The position numbers and the translations under genes were made by a program. Under the pieces are notes generated by a model. That model searched no databases. It was not told the DNA's origin and saw only the letters and a list, made by a program, of their open reading frames with translations. A stretch of 64,000 nt of DNA from a bacterium (GTDB lineage Bacteria; UBA8248; JACPRG01; G963555815), in contig OZ244653.1 of assembly GCA_965218795.1 (NCBI GenBank), positions 64,001-128,000 on the forward strand. The letters are read 5' to 3'. Below are positions 1-9,615 of the stretch, piece by piece (position 1 is the first letter of the stretch; every line of letters begins with the position of its first letter).

Positions 1-2
1 AC

Positions 3-1859
3 GCCATTGATACGCCCGGTTATTCCAACTTTGCGGGTGACGCCAAGGGTTGCATGAACGTGATGGACGGCGCGGTGGTCGTCATTCACGCTGAAGAGGG
101 CGTACAGACCCAGACGGAAAAGGTCTGGAACTGGGCGGAGGAGGCCGCTGTCCGCCGGGTCGTCTTCGTCAACGGAATGGACCGGGAGCGGGCCGACTTC
201 AACGCGGCGCTCGAAAGCGCGAAGGACGTATTGTCGCCTCTGCCCGTCGCCCTTCAGGTTCCGATCGGAGCAGGCCCGGATTTCAAGGGCGTGGCGGATA
301 TCCTGAGCGGAAAGGCGTTTGTCTTCGCAACCGATGGCAGCGGCAAGATGGAAGAAGGGGAGATCCCGGCGGAATTGACGGATACGGTTTCCCAAGCGCG
401 GGACGGCTTGATGGAGGCCGCGGCGGAAGGCGAGGACGAGTTGCTCGAGAAATACCTTGAAAGCGGTGAGTTGACTGCGGAAGAAATGGTGCAAGGGCTC
501 TCGATCGGCGTTCGCGAAGGGAAAATCGTTCCCGCATTGTGCGGGGTAGCGGACAGAGTGATGGGCGTCCAGCCGCTCCTGGATGCCGTAGTGGGATTGT
601 TCCCTTCGCCGAAATCCCGGCCCGTGGTGTCTGGAAGCAATCAGGAAAACGGTGAATCCGTTCTTTTACAAGCGGACGAAAGCGGGCCGGTTCTTGCCCA
701 GGTATTCAAGACCGTCTCGGATCCCTACGCGGGGCGGCTGACGTTCTTCCGGGTATATTCAGGAAAGGTAAGCTCGGATTCGAGTATCTTCAACGTCACC
801 CAGAGCGAGCGGGAGCGGGTCGGGCAACTGTTCAACATCCAGGGAAAGGAACAAATCCCGGTCGATTCGATCTCCGCCGGGGACCTGGGCGCGGTCGCGA
901 AGCTGAAGATCACGAAGACCGGGGATACATTGGGCGAGGACAAGTCAACGGTGATCCTCGCGCCCATCGAGTTCCCCAAGCCGGCCATCTCCTTCTCGGT
1001 GGCTCCGAAGTCAAAAGGGGACGAAGAGAAGGTGAGCACCTCCATCCAGCGGCTCATGGAGGAAGACCCGACCCTGACGCTTTCCCGGGATGCCCAGACC
1101 AAGGAAATGATTCTCTCCGGAATGGGCGACCTTCACCTGGAAGTCGCGAACGAGAAGATGAAGCGGAAGTTCGGGGTGGAGGTCGAGTTCAATACCCCTC
1201 GGGTACCTTATCAGGAGACGATTCGAGGCACGGCCCAGGCCCAGGGACGGTACAAGAAGCAAACCGGCGGACGGGGCCAGTTCGGCGACACCTGGATCGA
1301 GCTCAAGCCGCTGCAACGCGGAGGCGGGTTCGAGTTCGTCAATAACATCGTCGGGGGGGTCATTCCGAGACAGTTCATCCCCGCCGTGGAGAAGGGGATC
1401 CTCGAAACCATGGAAGCGGGGCCGATGGCTGGTTATCCCGTCACCGACATCGAGGTCCGGCTGTACGACGGAAGCTGCCATACGGTCGACTCGTCTGAAA
1501 TGGCGTTCAAGATTGCGGGCTCCATGGGGTTCAAGAAGGCGTTCATGGATGCCCGTCCCGTCATCCTGGAGCCGATCATGACGATGGAGATCACGGTGCC
1601 GAGCGACATGGTCGGAGACGTGATCGGGGACTTGAACTCCCGCAGGGGCAAAGTGCTCGGGATGAAGCCGATGGGGGCCAGTCAGGTGGTTCAGGCCCAG
1701 GTGCCGCTGGCGGAAGTCTTGTCGTACGCCATTGTGCTTCGCTCCATCACGGCCGATCGCGGCAGCTTCACGATGGAGTTTTCCCATTACGAGGAGCTGC
1801 CCTCCCACATGGCGGACAAGGTGATCGCAGAATCCGCGGTGGGCGAAAAGGAAGAATGA
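3..1859 (+). CDS. fusA: Elongation factor G-like protein (EF-G2 type), 5' truncated by the window edge
   Basis: Frame is open from position 3 (AIDTPGYSNFAGD). Contains GMGDLHL, KKQTGGRGQFG, DSSEMAF and GDLNSRRG. DTPGY and NGMD replace canonical DTPGH and NKMD, which fits the divergent EF-G2 paralog. Confidence 0.93.
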   Translation, partial: AIDTPGYSNFAGDAKGCMNVMDGAVVVIHAEEGVQTQTEKVWNWAEEAAVRRVVFVNGMDRERADFNAALESAKDVLSPLPVALQVPIGAGPDFKGVADILSGKAFVFATDGSGKMEEGEIPAELTDTVSQARDGLMEAAAEGEDELLEKYLESGELTAEEMVQGLSIGVREGKIVPALCGVADRVMGVQPLLDAVVGLFPSPKSRPVVSGSNQENGESVLLQADESGPVLAQVFKTVSDPYAGRLTFFRVYSGKVSSDSSIFNVTQSERERVGQLFNIQGKEQIPVDSISAGDLGAVAKLKITKTGDTLGEDKSTVILAPIEFPKPAISFSVAPKSKGDEEKVSTSIQRLMEEDPTLTLSRDAQTKEMILSGMGDLHLEVANEKMKRKFGVEVEFNTPRVPYQETIRGTAQAQGRYKKQTGGRGQFGDTWIELKPLQRGGGFEFVNNIVGGVIPRQFIPAVEKGILETMEAGPMAGYPVTDIEVRLYDGSCHTVDSSEMAFKIAGSMGFKKAFMDARPVILEPIMTMEITVPSDMVGDVIGDLNSRRGKVLGMKPMGASQVVQAQVPLAEVLSYAIVLRSITADRGSFTMEFSHYEELPSHMADKVIAESAVGEKEE

Positions 1860-1863
1860 TTCC

Positions 1864-2832
1864 TTGAAGTCGATCAACCTGATTCAATCGAGGCTTGCGC
1901 TTCCGGCGGAGGGGTTGCCGCACGATACTTTCGTGGAGGTCCCCGAGAAGGAAGAATCCCAGAAGGTCGTTGAGCGAAGACGGCTGCCGTTCTTTCTCCG
2001 CGGAAGCATCATCCTGACCTTCCTGACGTTAGGAGTTGTACTGTTGGCGGCGGCCGTTTATTACACGCTGATTCGGCCTGTGGATTTATCGGGCAAGCCC
2101 CAGCCGATAGGTCCCGGCGAGCGTGCCGTTATGGCTCAGACCGCGAAAGTCCCCGAACCGGCGCGGAAACCCGCCGCCCGCCCGTCCGAATCCATACCCG
2201 GGAAAACGACCTCCCCGATTTTCATCGACTGGCTGAATTCGGCCCCGCCCTCCGGACCGCTTTCGCCTTCCGCGCGCCGGCCTATCGGGGAGCCGCCTCC
2301 CGTAAAGAAGTCCTCGATGCCCGCCATCTCCATGTCCGAGAAAAAGAAGGAAGAAGAGAAGGCGGCGGAATCAAAGCCTGAGACCACCCCACCTTCCGCC
2401 GAGATAAAGACGGCCAAGAAGCCCGTGGACGAATCGCCGTTGAAAAAACCCGTGGCGCCGGAGAAGGCTGAACCGAAGAAGTCGCCGTCGGCCGAGGCCA
2501 AGCCGCCCGCGAAGCCCACGAAGGTCGCCAAGGTCCTTCCTGCGGAAGCTTCCCCCAGGAAAAAGGTGCCTGAGCCGGGGCCTGAAAAAACCGCCGCAGT
2601 GCCCAAAGGCCGGTACAGCATCCAGGTGGGTGCTTGTCGCAGGCCCAAATGCGTGTCCAGCCTGACGGCTCGTCTGAAAAAGGCGGAGTTCGAGCCGATC
2701 ACCGAGACGTCCAGAAACGGGAAGCTGACACTGATCTTGACAGGGGAATATCAGACCTTGCGGGCCACGAGGTCCGATCTCGAAAAACTGCAAGAGAGGG
2801 GGTTCAAAGGGTCATATGCCATCGAGCGGTAG
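1864..2832 (+). CDS. SPOR-domain membrane-anchored protein (FtsN/DedD-like architecture)
   Basis: Single TM helix, long Pro/Lys/Glu-rich linker, C-terminal YSIQVGA...SPOR-like domain. Start codon uncertain. Confidence 0.75.
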   Translation: MKSINLIQSRLALPAEGLPHDTFVEVPEKEESQKVVERRRLPFFLRGSIILTFLTLGVVLLAAAVYYTLIRPVDLSGKPQPIGPGERAVMAQTAKVPEPARKPAARPSESIPGKTTSPIFIDWLNSAPPSGPLSPSARRPIGEPPPVKKSSMPAISMSEKKKEEEKAAESKPETTPPSAEIKTAKKPVDESPLKKPVAPEKAEPKKSPSAEAKPPAKPTKVAKVLPAEASPRKKVPEPGPEKTAAVPKGRYSIQVGACRRPKCVSSLTARLKKAEFEPITETSRNGKLTLILTGEYQTLRATRSDLEKLQERGFKGSYAIER

Positions 2833-2845
2833 AGACAGGGCTCCC

Positions 2846-3280
2846 GTGAGCCACCCGCCGGAGACGCCGAAGATTCCGGACAAGCTTTTTTTCAAGATCG
2901 GAGAAGTGGCGGCGATTGCGGAGACCAAGCCCCACGTTCTCCGGTATTGGGAGACGGAGTTCGGCATCCTTCGACCGGTCAAGAACGCCTCCGGCCAGCG
3001 GGTCTATCGAAGGCGCGATGTGGAAGTCGTTTTGGAAATCAAGCGGCTGCTGCATCAGGAGCGGTTCACGATCTCGGGCGCGAAGAAGCGTCTGTCCGGT
3101 CGCCGGGGGGCAAAGCCCCGGGTTCATCTGGAAGCACAGCCCGAGCTGACCCCCGTGCAAGAAGCCGAGCCGTCCGCCGAACCCGAGGATCTGCAGGATC
3201 TCTTGAATGAGGTGGAGAGCGGCCTGCGCGGGATCCTGTCGATTCTGGAAGAAACCGATAGGCAGCTTGAGAAGCGGTAA
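2846..3280 (+). CDS. MerR-family HTH transcriptional regulator
   Basis: [13 protein letters not shown]...[10 protein letters not shown]...GQRVYRRRD...[13 protein letters not shown] start at 2846 preferred. Confidence 0.9.
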   Translation: MSHPPETPKIPDKLFFKIGEVAAIAETKPHVLRYWETEFGILRPVKNASGQRVYRRRDVEVVLEIKRLLHQERFTISGAKKRLSGRRGAKPRVHLEAQPELTPVQEAEPSAEPEDLQDLLNEVESGLRGILSILEETDRQLEKR

Positions 3281-3447
3281 GTTCGCTCCTATCGGCCCGA
3301 CGGCCGATCCTCTTCGAGTCAAGCCAGCCCTTTGAGCGAGGGTATTGTGAGATTGTACGCCCGCCGGACCGGATGAGGTGAAGGGGCGAGAGACTGGTGT
3401 AAGGCGTTCTTTCGATCAGTGCGAGTCGTTAAAGGAGCTCTTGAAAG

Positions 3448-5382
3448 ATGAGTGTTTTTCGAAAAATCGTCTCGGAGCATCTCCGGGAGGGGGAGATGAA
3501 GCCGGGAGAGGAGATTGGAATCAGTATTGATCAGGTGCTGATTCAGGACATCACGGGCACAGTGGTCATGCTCAATTTCGAGGCCATGGGACTTCCGAGG
3601 GTTCGCTGCGAGGTCGCGGCGGCTTATGGCGACCACAATGTCCTGCAGGTGGACAGCCGGAACACCGAGGATCACCACTATCTGGCCAGCGCCGGCAGGA
3701 AATACGGCATCTGGTGGGGAAAACCTTCCAGCGGTATCGGGCATCAGATCCACCAGGAGCATTTCGCGAGACCGGGGGTGACGGCCCTGGGCGCCGATTC
3801 CCACACCCCCCATTGCGGCGGCATGGGAATGGTGGCCATCGGAGCGGGGGGGCTCGATGTGGCCGTGGCCCTGGCCGGCGGCCTCTATTACGTCAAGATG
3901 CCCCAGGTGGTGAACGTTCATCTGACCGGAGCGCTTCCGGCCTGGTGCACGGCCAAGGATGTGATCCTCGAAATGCTCCGGAGACTGACCGTCCGCGGCG
4001 GGGTGGGCAAGGTCCTCGAGTACACCGGACCGGGCATCAAGACTCTGAACGCCCAGCAGCGCTGCACGATCACGAACATGGGCGCCGAGCTTGGAGCGTC
4101 CACGTCCATCTTTCCGTCCGACGAGGTGACGCGCGATTTCCTCCGCCGGGTGGGACGGGAGGACGCTTGGAAGGAAGTCCTCCCGGAGGAGGGCGCCGAT
4201 TACGACGAGCGTGTCGATGTGGACCTGAGCGGTATCGAGCCTCTGGTCGCGCTCCCCAGTCTGCCGGACAAGGTGGTGCCGGTGACCGAGGCCAAGGGTA
4301 CCCCGGTTCATCAGGTCTTTGTCGGAAGCTGCACGAACGGCTCGTATATGGACCTGAAGGCCGTCGCCGAGATCATGAAGGGGAGGAAGGTCCATCCCCA
4401 GGTGGACTTCCTCATCCACGCCTCCAGCAAGAAGGATCTGGAGCTCATCGCCCGAGAGGGCCACCTGACCGACCTGCTCGAGGCGGGCGTCAACGTGGCC
4501 GAGCCCACCTGCGGGGCGTGCATCGGCAGCGGGCACGTTCCGGCCTCCGGAACCAACTCGCTTCGGGTGGCCAACCGGAACTTCCAGGGGCGCAGCGGTC
4601 TCAAGGAGGACCAGGTGTACCTGTCGAGCGCGGAGGTGGGGGCGGCATCCGCGATTGCCGGGGCGATCGCCGATCCGAGAGAACTGGGCATGGATGCCCC
4701 GGGACAGGACATCCCCGGGCAACTCACCCAGGAGAACCCCAACCTCGTCCCTCCGGCTTCGGAAGGAGAGGCCAAGGGGCTCGATGTGCAGCGCGGGCCC
4801 AACATTCAACCCGTGCCCGCCAAGGAGCCCATGGAGGATCGGATCGCCGCTGAGGTGCTTCTCAAGGTGGGCGATGACATCACCACCGATCACATCATGC
4901 CGGCCGCATCGAACATCCTCATTTTCCGCTCGAATATCCCAAAGCTGGCCGAGTTCGTGTATCACCGGGTGGATGACACGTTCGCCGAGCGTGCAAAAGG
5001 GAAGGGGACGGGATTCATCGTTGGCGGTCTCAATTACGGTCAGGGGAGCTCACGCGAGCATGCGGCCCTGGCGCCCATGTTCCTGGGAATTCGCGGGGTC
5101 ATCGCCAAGTCCTTTGCGCGTATCCATATGGCGAACCTGATCAATTGGGGGTTGATCCCCCTCCAGTTCGTCGAGGCCGAGGATTACGACAACATCGACC
5201 AGGGGGACGATCTGGAGTTGTCCGGGGTCATCGATTTCGTCAAGGAGCGCGATACCATCGAGCTGGTCAACAAGACCAGGAACACGCAGTATCAGGTCCG
5301 ACTCGTCGCCACGCCGAGGGAGCGCCGGGTGCTCATCGCGGGCGGAAGACTTTCCGAGGCCAAGGCCATGGGTTCGAAATAG
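3448..5382 (+). CDS. Aconitate hydratase (short ~640 aa aconitase family)
   Basis: QDITG, DHN, GADSHT, GSCTN, CGACIG, NRNFQGR, TTDHI, NYGQGSSREHAA. Good RBS (aaggag). Confidence 0.92.
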   Translation: MSVFRKIVSEHLREGEMKPGEEIGISIDQVLIQDITGTVVMLNFEAMGLPRVRCEVAAAYGDHNVLQVDSRNTEDHHYLASAGRKYGIWWGKPSSGIGHQIHQEHFARPGVTALGADSHTPHCGGMGMVAIGAGGLDVAVALAGGLYYVKMPQVVNVHLTGALPAWCTAKDVILEMLRRLTVRGGVGKVLEYTGPGIKTLNAQQRCTITNMGAELGASTSIFPSDEVTRDFLRRVGREDAWKEVLPEEGADYDERVDVDLSGIEPLVALPSLPDKVVPVTEAKGTPVHQVFVGSCTNGSYMDLKAVAEIMKGRKVHPQVDFLIHASSKKDLELIAREGHLTDLLEAGVNVAEPTCGACIGSGHVPASGTNSLRVANRNFQGRSGLKEDQVYLSSAEVGAASAIAGAIADPRELGMDAPGQDIPGQLTQENPNLVPPASEGEAKGLDVQRGPNIQPVPAKEPMEDRIAAEVLLKVGDDITTDHIMPAASNILIFRSNIPKLAEFVYHRVDDTFAERAKGKGTGFIVGGLNYGQGSSREHAALAPMFLGIRGVIAKSFARIHMANLINWGLIPLQFVEAEDYDNIDQGDDLELSGVIDFVKERDTIELVNKTRNTQYQVRLVATPRERRVLIAGGRLSEAKAMGSK

Positions 5383-5396
5383 CATTCAGAGATTGT

Positions 5397-5432
5397 GGGG
5401 GCCGCTTCCACCGGGGGCGGCCCCTTCTTTTT
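5397..5432 (+). terminator. Rho-independent terminator
   Basis: GGGGCCGCTTCC-ACC-GGGGGCGGCCCC hairpin followed by TTCTTTTT. Confidence 0.75.
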
Positions 5433-5503
5433 GGAGTTGGGGCAAATTGCGAAAACCCGATCGCCGACGACGGGCGGCGGCTGCAAAGTGAAGGAGCGGG
5501 TAG

Positions 5504-6895
5504 ATGGAGACGAGAATCGAAAGGGATTCAATGGGTGAAATGGAGGTTCCGGGCGACTCGCTCTACGGCGCGTCCACCCGGCGGGCCGTTCTGAACTTTC
5601 CCGTCAGCGACAAGCGGTTTCCCCGGGCCTTCCTGGAGGCGCTGGGTGCGATCAAGGCGGGGGCGGCCGCGGCGAACATGAAACTGGGGAAGCTGGACCC
5701 GAAGCTGGGCGAGCCGATCCGCAAGGCGGCGGAGGCGGTCCGCGACGGGGAACACGATGACCATTTCGTGGTGGATATCTATCAGACCGGCTCCGGGACT
5801 TCCACCAACACCAACGCGAATGAAGTCATCGCCAACGTGGCCAATGTCGGCCTGGGGGAACCCATCGGCAAGAAGGCGCCCGTCCACCCCAACGACCATG
5901 TGAACATGGGGCAGTCCAGCAATGACGTGATTCCCACGACAATCCACGTCTCGGCCCTGATCGGAATCGAGCGGGATCTGCTCCCCGCCCTGGAGGGCTT
6001 GAGGGAAAGTCTGACGGCGAAGGCCGAAGCGTTCAAGGACATCGTCAAGACGGGCCGGACTCACCTTCAGGACGCCACGCCGGTGACACTGGGTCAAGAG
6101 TTTTCCGGGTACGCCACACAGATCAGAAACTGCCATGGCCGTATTGAGAGCTGCCTGGCGAACCTTCGTGAGCTCGCCATTGGCGGAACCGCCGTCGGCA
6201 CCGGCATCAACACGCACCCCCGGTTCGCGAATCTGGTGTGCGAAAGCCTGAGCGAGCAGCTGAAGACCGAGTTTCGCAAGGCGTCCAACCACTTTGAGTC
6301 CCTCGCCGCCAAAGATACCTGCGTGGAGGTGAGCGGGGCCCTCAAGGTGCTGGCGGCGGCCCTGACGAAGATTGCCAACGACATCCGTTGGCTCTCCTCG
6401 GGGCCCCGCACGGGCTTCGGCGAGATCGCGATCCCTGAAACCCAGCCGGGATCGTCCATCATGCCGGGCAAGGTGAACCCGGTCATCGCCGAATCGGTCT
6501 TACAGGTGGCCGCCCAGGTCGTCGGAAACGACGCGGTCGTCACATGGGGGGGGGCGGCCGGCAATTTCGAGCTGAACGTAATGATGCCCGTCGTCGCCCT
6601 GAACCTGCTGGATTCCATCTCCCTGCTGGCGAACGTCTGCGGAATCTTCAGGGAAAAATGCGTGGACGGTGTAGAGGCCAATGTCGACCGGATGAGCGAG
6701 ACCATCGAGCGGGGCCTCTCTCTGGTGACGGCCCTGGCGCCCGTGATCGGATATGACAAGGCGGCCACGCTTTCCCAACAGGCCTTTCGGGAGAACAAGA
6801 CCATTCGAGAGGTCGTTCGGGAGCATGATATGATCTCGGATGACGAGCTGGACAAACTGCTGGACCCGACGACCATGCTCCATCCCAGCGAATAA
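5504..6895 (+). CDS. fumC: Class II fumarate hydratase
   Basis: RIERDSMG, QTGSGTSTN, HPNDHVNMGQSSND, GRTHLQDATP, signature GSSIMPGKVNP. Confidence 0.96.
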   Translation: METRIERDSMGEMEVPGDSLYGASTRRAVLNFPVSDKRFPRAFLEALGAIKAGAAAANMKLGKLDPKLGEPIRKAAEAVRDGEHDDHFVVDIYQTGSGTSTNTNANEVIANVANVGLGEPIGKKAPVHPNDHVNMGQSSNDVIPTTIHVSALIGIERDLLPALEGLRESLTAKAEAFKDIVKTGRTHLQDATPVTLGQEFSGYATQIRNCHGRIESCLANLRELAIGGTAVGTGINTHPRFANLVCESLSEQLKTEFRKASNHFESLAAKDTCVEVSGALKVLAAALTKIANDIRWLSSGPRTGFGEIAIPETQPGSSIMPGKVNPVIAESVLQVAAQVVGNDAVVTWGGAAGNFELNVMMPVVALNLLDSISLLANVCGIFREKCVDGVEANVDRMSETIERGLSLVTALAPVIGYDKAATLSQQAFRENKTIREVVREHDMISDDELDKLLDPTTMLHPSE

Positions 6896-6933
6896 ACGAG
6901 CCCCGTTTCATCGGGTGCGTCCATCGAAACCGA

Positions 6934-6972
6934 AAAGGGCGGAACCGCACACGGCGGCTCCGCCCTTTGTTT
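6934..6972. terminator. Probable bidirectional terminator between convergent genes
   Basis: AAAGGGCGGA...TCCGCCCTTT stem with an A-run before and T-rich sequence after. Confidence 0.6.
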
Positions 6973-6998
6973 GTTCGAACCGATTGCGACCCGCCGCC

Positions 6999-7565
6999 TC
7001 AGGCAAACGGGTCGCCGAACCGCTCCCGAAAAACGAAGTCCTTGACCTCTTTTCGCTGAGGCGGTCTCCTCTCGGCCGTTTGCACCTCTTTCGGCATGTC
7101 TTCCAACTTGCCCGGATGGCCGACGGCAATCAGGGCGACGACCCGAAAGGGGTCCGGCACACCCAGGATTCCTTTGACCTTCTCCTCACTCCAGCCGATG
7201 ATGGCGTGAATGGCCAAGTCCATCGCGCATCCCGTCAGGAGCATGTTCCCGATGGCCAGGCCGCAATCCATCATGTACTGGGGCCGGCCGTCGGGCTCGT
7301 CCTGCTCATCGGGATTGCCGAGGACGGCGATCAGGACCGGCGCGCGCGTGACCCAGCTCCGGTTCCAGGCCGACATCACCTCGTGCATCTGCTGGAGCTG
7401 CTCTTTCCTCTCGACGACGACAAGGCGCCACGGTTGCTTGTTGAAGGAGGAAGGCGCCCACCGGAAGGCCTCGATGATGTCCCGGAGCATTTTCCCGGTG
7501 ACCGGCCGATATGGATCGAAGGCGCGGGGACTCTTCCGGTTTTGAAGAAATAGCAGAGCTTCCAT
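6999..7565 (-). CDS. Nitroreductase family protein
   Basis: NRKSPRAF, WAPSSFNKQPW, DCGLAIGNMLL, LIAVGHP. Confidence 0.9.
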   Translation of the reverse strand: MEALLFLQNRKSPRAFDPYRPVTGKMLRDIIEAFRWAPSSFNKQPWRLVVVERKEQLQQMHEVMSAWNRSWVTRAPVLIAVLGNPDEQDEPDGRPQYMMDCGLAIGNMLLTGCAMDLAIHAIIGWSEEKVKGILGVPDPFRVVALIAVGHPGKLEDMPKEVQTAERRPPQRKEVKDFVFRERFGDPFA

Positions 7566-7727
7566 TTTCCGGCCTCACCTACAAGGATGCTTTAACTTCG
7601 ATTCACCGGAAATCGTATGGCCGAACGCCGGTTCGGCACGTTCGTCTCGGCTGTGAATTGTGGGCGAATGCAAGATGATTTTCCCACCAAGCGCAATCAT
7701 CAACAAGCCTTCGGCGGATGAACCCGT

Positions 7728-7985
7728 TCATTCGGCCAGATGCCCTTCGACGGCGTCGAGCAGCGGGCGGGGTGACAGTGTGCGGCCGTCTTTCCCGTTC
7801 AATAAGGCGAGGATGCCTTCGGCGTTCTCTTTCTGCCCGTCGGCTCGAAGGGCTTTGAGCAGATCGCCCGCGCCGGTGCCGTAGTACCATCCCTCCCCGA
7901 ACCGGTTGCTCAGCTCCTCCGCCAGGGAGGATTGAAGCATCCAGGCTCTTAGGTAGTTGGCGCAGTAGGAGCGGGCGTCCACGGC
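7728..7985 (-). pseudogene. C-terminal fragment resembling M3/oligopeptidase-like zincins
   Basis: YCANYLRAWMLQSSLAEELSNRFGEGWY...AGDLLKAL..DGQ looks like a protein C-terminus. No plausible matching N-terminus is present. Family assignment is from memory only. Confidence 0.4.
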
Positions 7986-8097
7986 GCCTCGAACCGCTGC
8001 TCCGGAAAGCGTGCGCCGTTTCTCAATGCGTTGAGTCGCACGCAACAGCCGGGCGCATTCGGAAGGGAGGGTCGCCCATGCCTGCCGGCGCGGGGTA

Positions 8098-8547
8098 TCA
8101 GGACCCGGGAAGACGGGCGCGGCCGGCCCTTTCGCCCTCCATTTCTTCCCTGAGCTTTTCCAGCGCACCCTGAAACAGACCGGATATGGCGCCGATCGCT
8201 TCTTCCTCCGGGATGCCGACGGCCTCGAAATCGGCCGTGTAATCAACAGTCGTTCCACCTCCGTCCGCGCTCACCTTGATCCGTGCGTGGTAGTCCGCGA
8301 TGGGAAGCGGCGACTCGATGATCGTGTAGCCGTATTCCATGCTTGAGGAGTCCAGGAACTCCAGGCGCTCCAAAAGCTCTTTCCCGTCCTCGAGCGTCAG
8401 GAACCGATCCACGCCGCCCGGGCCGGGCCTGAGCTCGGAGGACGCGATGCCCGGCACCCATTCGGGCAGGCTGTTGAAATCTCCCACCAGGTCCCAGACG
8501 TCCCCCGGCGATGCGTTCAAATTCGTCGATTCCGCGACATGCGACAT
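8098..8547 (-). CDS. SRPBCC/polyketide cyclase-like (MxaD-like) protein
   Basis: ASPGDVWDLVGDFNSLPEWVPGI...ERLEFLD...YTIIESPLPIADYHA. Confidence 0.85.
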   Translation of the reverse strand: MSHVAESTNLNASPGDVWDLVGDFNSLPEWVPGIASSELRPGPGGVDRFLTLEDGKELLERLEFLDSSSMEYGYTIIESPLPIADYHARIKVSADGGGTTVDYTADFEAVGIPEEEAIGAISGLFQGALEKLREEMEGERAGRARLPGS

Positions 8548-8615
8548 TGATTTCTCTTCTCCGTTTGCGGATGGTCGAAAGATGTTCCCCGGCGAACCTG
8601 CAAGACCCGCCTGAT

Positions 8616-9068
8616 TTACCCCGTATGCCCGAACCCGCCGCCGCCCCGCGCCGTTCCGGGAAGCTCATCCACTTCCTGCCAGACCGTCCTTGGGACAGGC
8701 TTGACGAGAAGCTGTGCGATGCGCATCCCCCGCTCGACGACGAACGTCTCAGTGCCAAGGTTCACCAGAGGGATTCGAACCTCCCCCCGGTAATCAGCGT
8801 CAATCGTCGCGGGCGTGTTGGGAATCGAAAGCCCCCGCTTGGAGGCCAGGCCCGATCTCGGACGAATCTGCGCTTCATACCCCAGGGGCAGCGCGATTGC
8901 AAACCCGCCGGGAATGACGCGGATCCCGCCCGGGGGGATCTCCACCTGATCCTCCACGGCCGCGTGAATGTCCATCGCCGCGGCGTGGTCGGTCTGATAG
9001 GCGGGGAGGGGGATGTCCTCCGCCCCCGGCAGGCGCTTGATGGCGACCGTGACTTGTTCCTGAGGCAT
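8616..9068 (-). CDS. dut: dUTP diphosphatase
   Basis: AAMDI, RPRSGLA, TIDADYRGE, RIAQL, RGGGGFGHTG. ATG at 9068 preferred. Confidence 0.96.
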   Translation of the reverse strand: MPQEQVTVAIKRLPGAEDIPLPAYQTDHAAAMDIHAAVEDQVEIPPGGIRVIPGGFAIALPLGYEAQIRPRSGLASKRGLSIPNTPATIDADYRGEVRIPLVNLGTETFVVERGMRIAQLLVKPVPRTVWQEVDELPGTARGGGGFGHTG

Positions 9069-9074
9069 CAATGG

Positions 9075-9101
9075 ATCCACAGATTACACAGATAACGCAG
9101 A
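9075..9101. repeat. Inverted repeat arm A flanking the GxxExxY gene
   Basis: ATCCACAGATTACACAGATAACGCAGA; 24/27 identical to the reverse complement of 9589-9615; built of ~9-bp CACAGAT units. Confidence 0.85.
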
Positions 9102-9484
9102 TTAAAAGACAAATCTCTCGTGCTGAAGTCTTTGCGTGCCAAAGTTGAGCAGCAATCCGACTTTGCAGCCTGAGCCTTCAGGTAGTTGATCATTTGTGAT
9201 TCTTCCGTGCCGCTCAATCCAGCGAGCGCTTTGACTTCGACGATTACGGGATCAAAACAAGCAAAATCGGCTCGATAGGGACTCTTGAGTTTCTGCGCTT
9301 TGTTGAAAACCGGCAACTCAACCTCCCAGCGGTAAGGCACTTCACGAACCGCCAATTCCAAAGCAGGCGCTTCGTGATAAACGGCTTCAAGAAATCCGCT
9401 TCCCAGCTGTTGATGAACCTCCATTGCCGCGCCAATGATGGCATACGTTCTGCGGTCTCTTTCTTTGGATTCGGAGCGGATCAT
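9102..9484 (-). pseudogene. GxxExxY protein (PD-(D/E)XK-like), frameshifted near the C-terminus
   Basis: AIIGAAMEVHQQLGSGFLEAVY, YRADF, IVEVKA, QMINYLKA. The expected tail GCKVGLLLNFGTQRLQHERFVF* lies in the adjacent frame (shift near 9172). Confidence 0.88.
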
Positions 9485-9588
9485 GAAGTGATTCGCATAT
9501 CCTACAAACCGTAGGAGGGGGATTCCAGCGCAACTCCCAACGCGCTTGAAACTTTTTTCCCTTCCCAATATTTTCCTTTATTTCTTGC

Positions 9589-9615
9589 TCTGCGTAATCT
9601 GTGAAATCCGTGGAT
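9589..9615. repeat. Inverted repeat arm B flanking the GxxExxY gene
   Basis: TCTGCGTAATCTGTGAAATCCGTGGAT; overlaps the last base of the permease stop codon. Confidence 0.85.

Noticed and set aside
3281-3447. Possible tRNA-Pro after the MerR gene (a common arrangement)
   Set aside because: No cloverleaf, T-loop GTTCRA in proper context or CCA end is visible.
3319-4965. Long antisense ORFs (also 12762-14468, 23878-25275, 34181-35434, 60535-61632, 62126-63481)
   Set aside because: Shadow frames opposite well-supported genes, expected in GC-rich DNA; no motifs.
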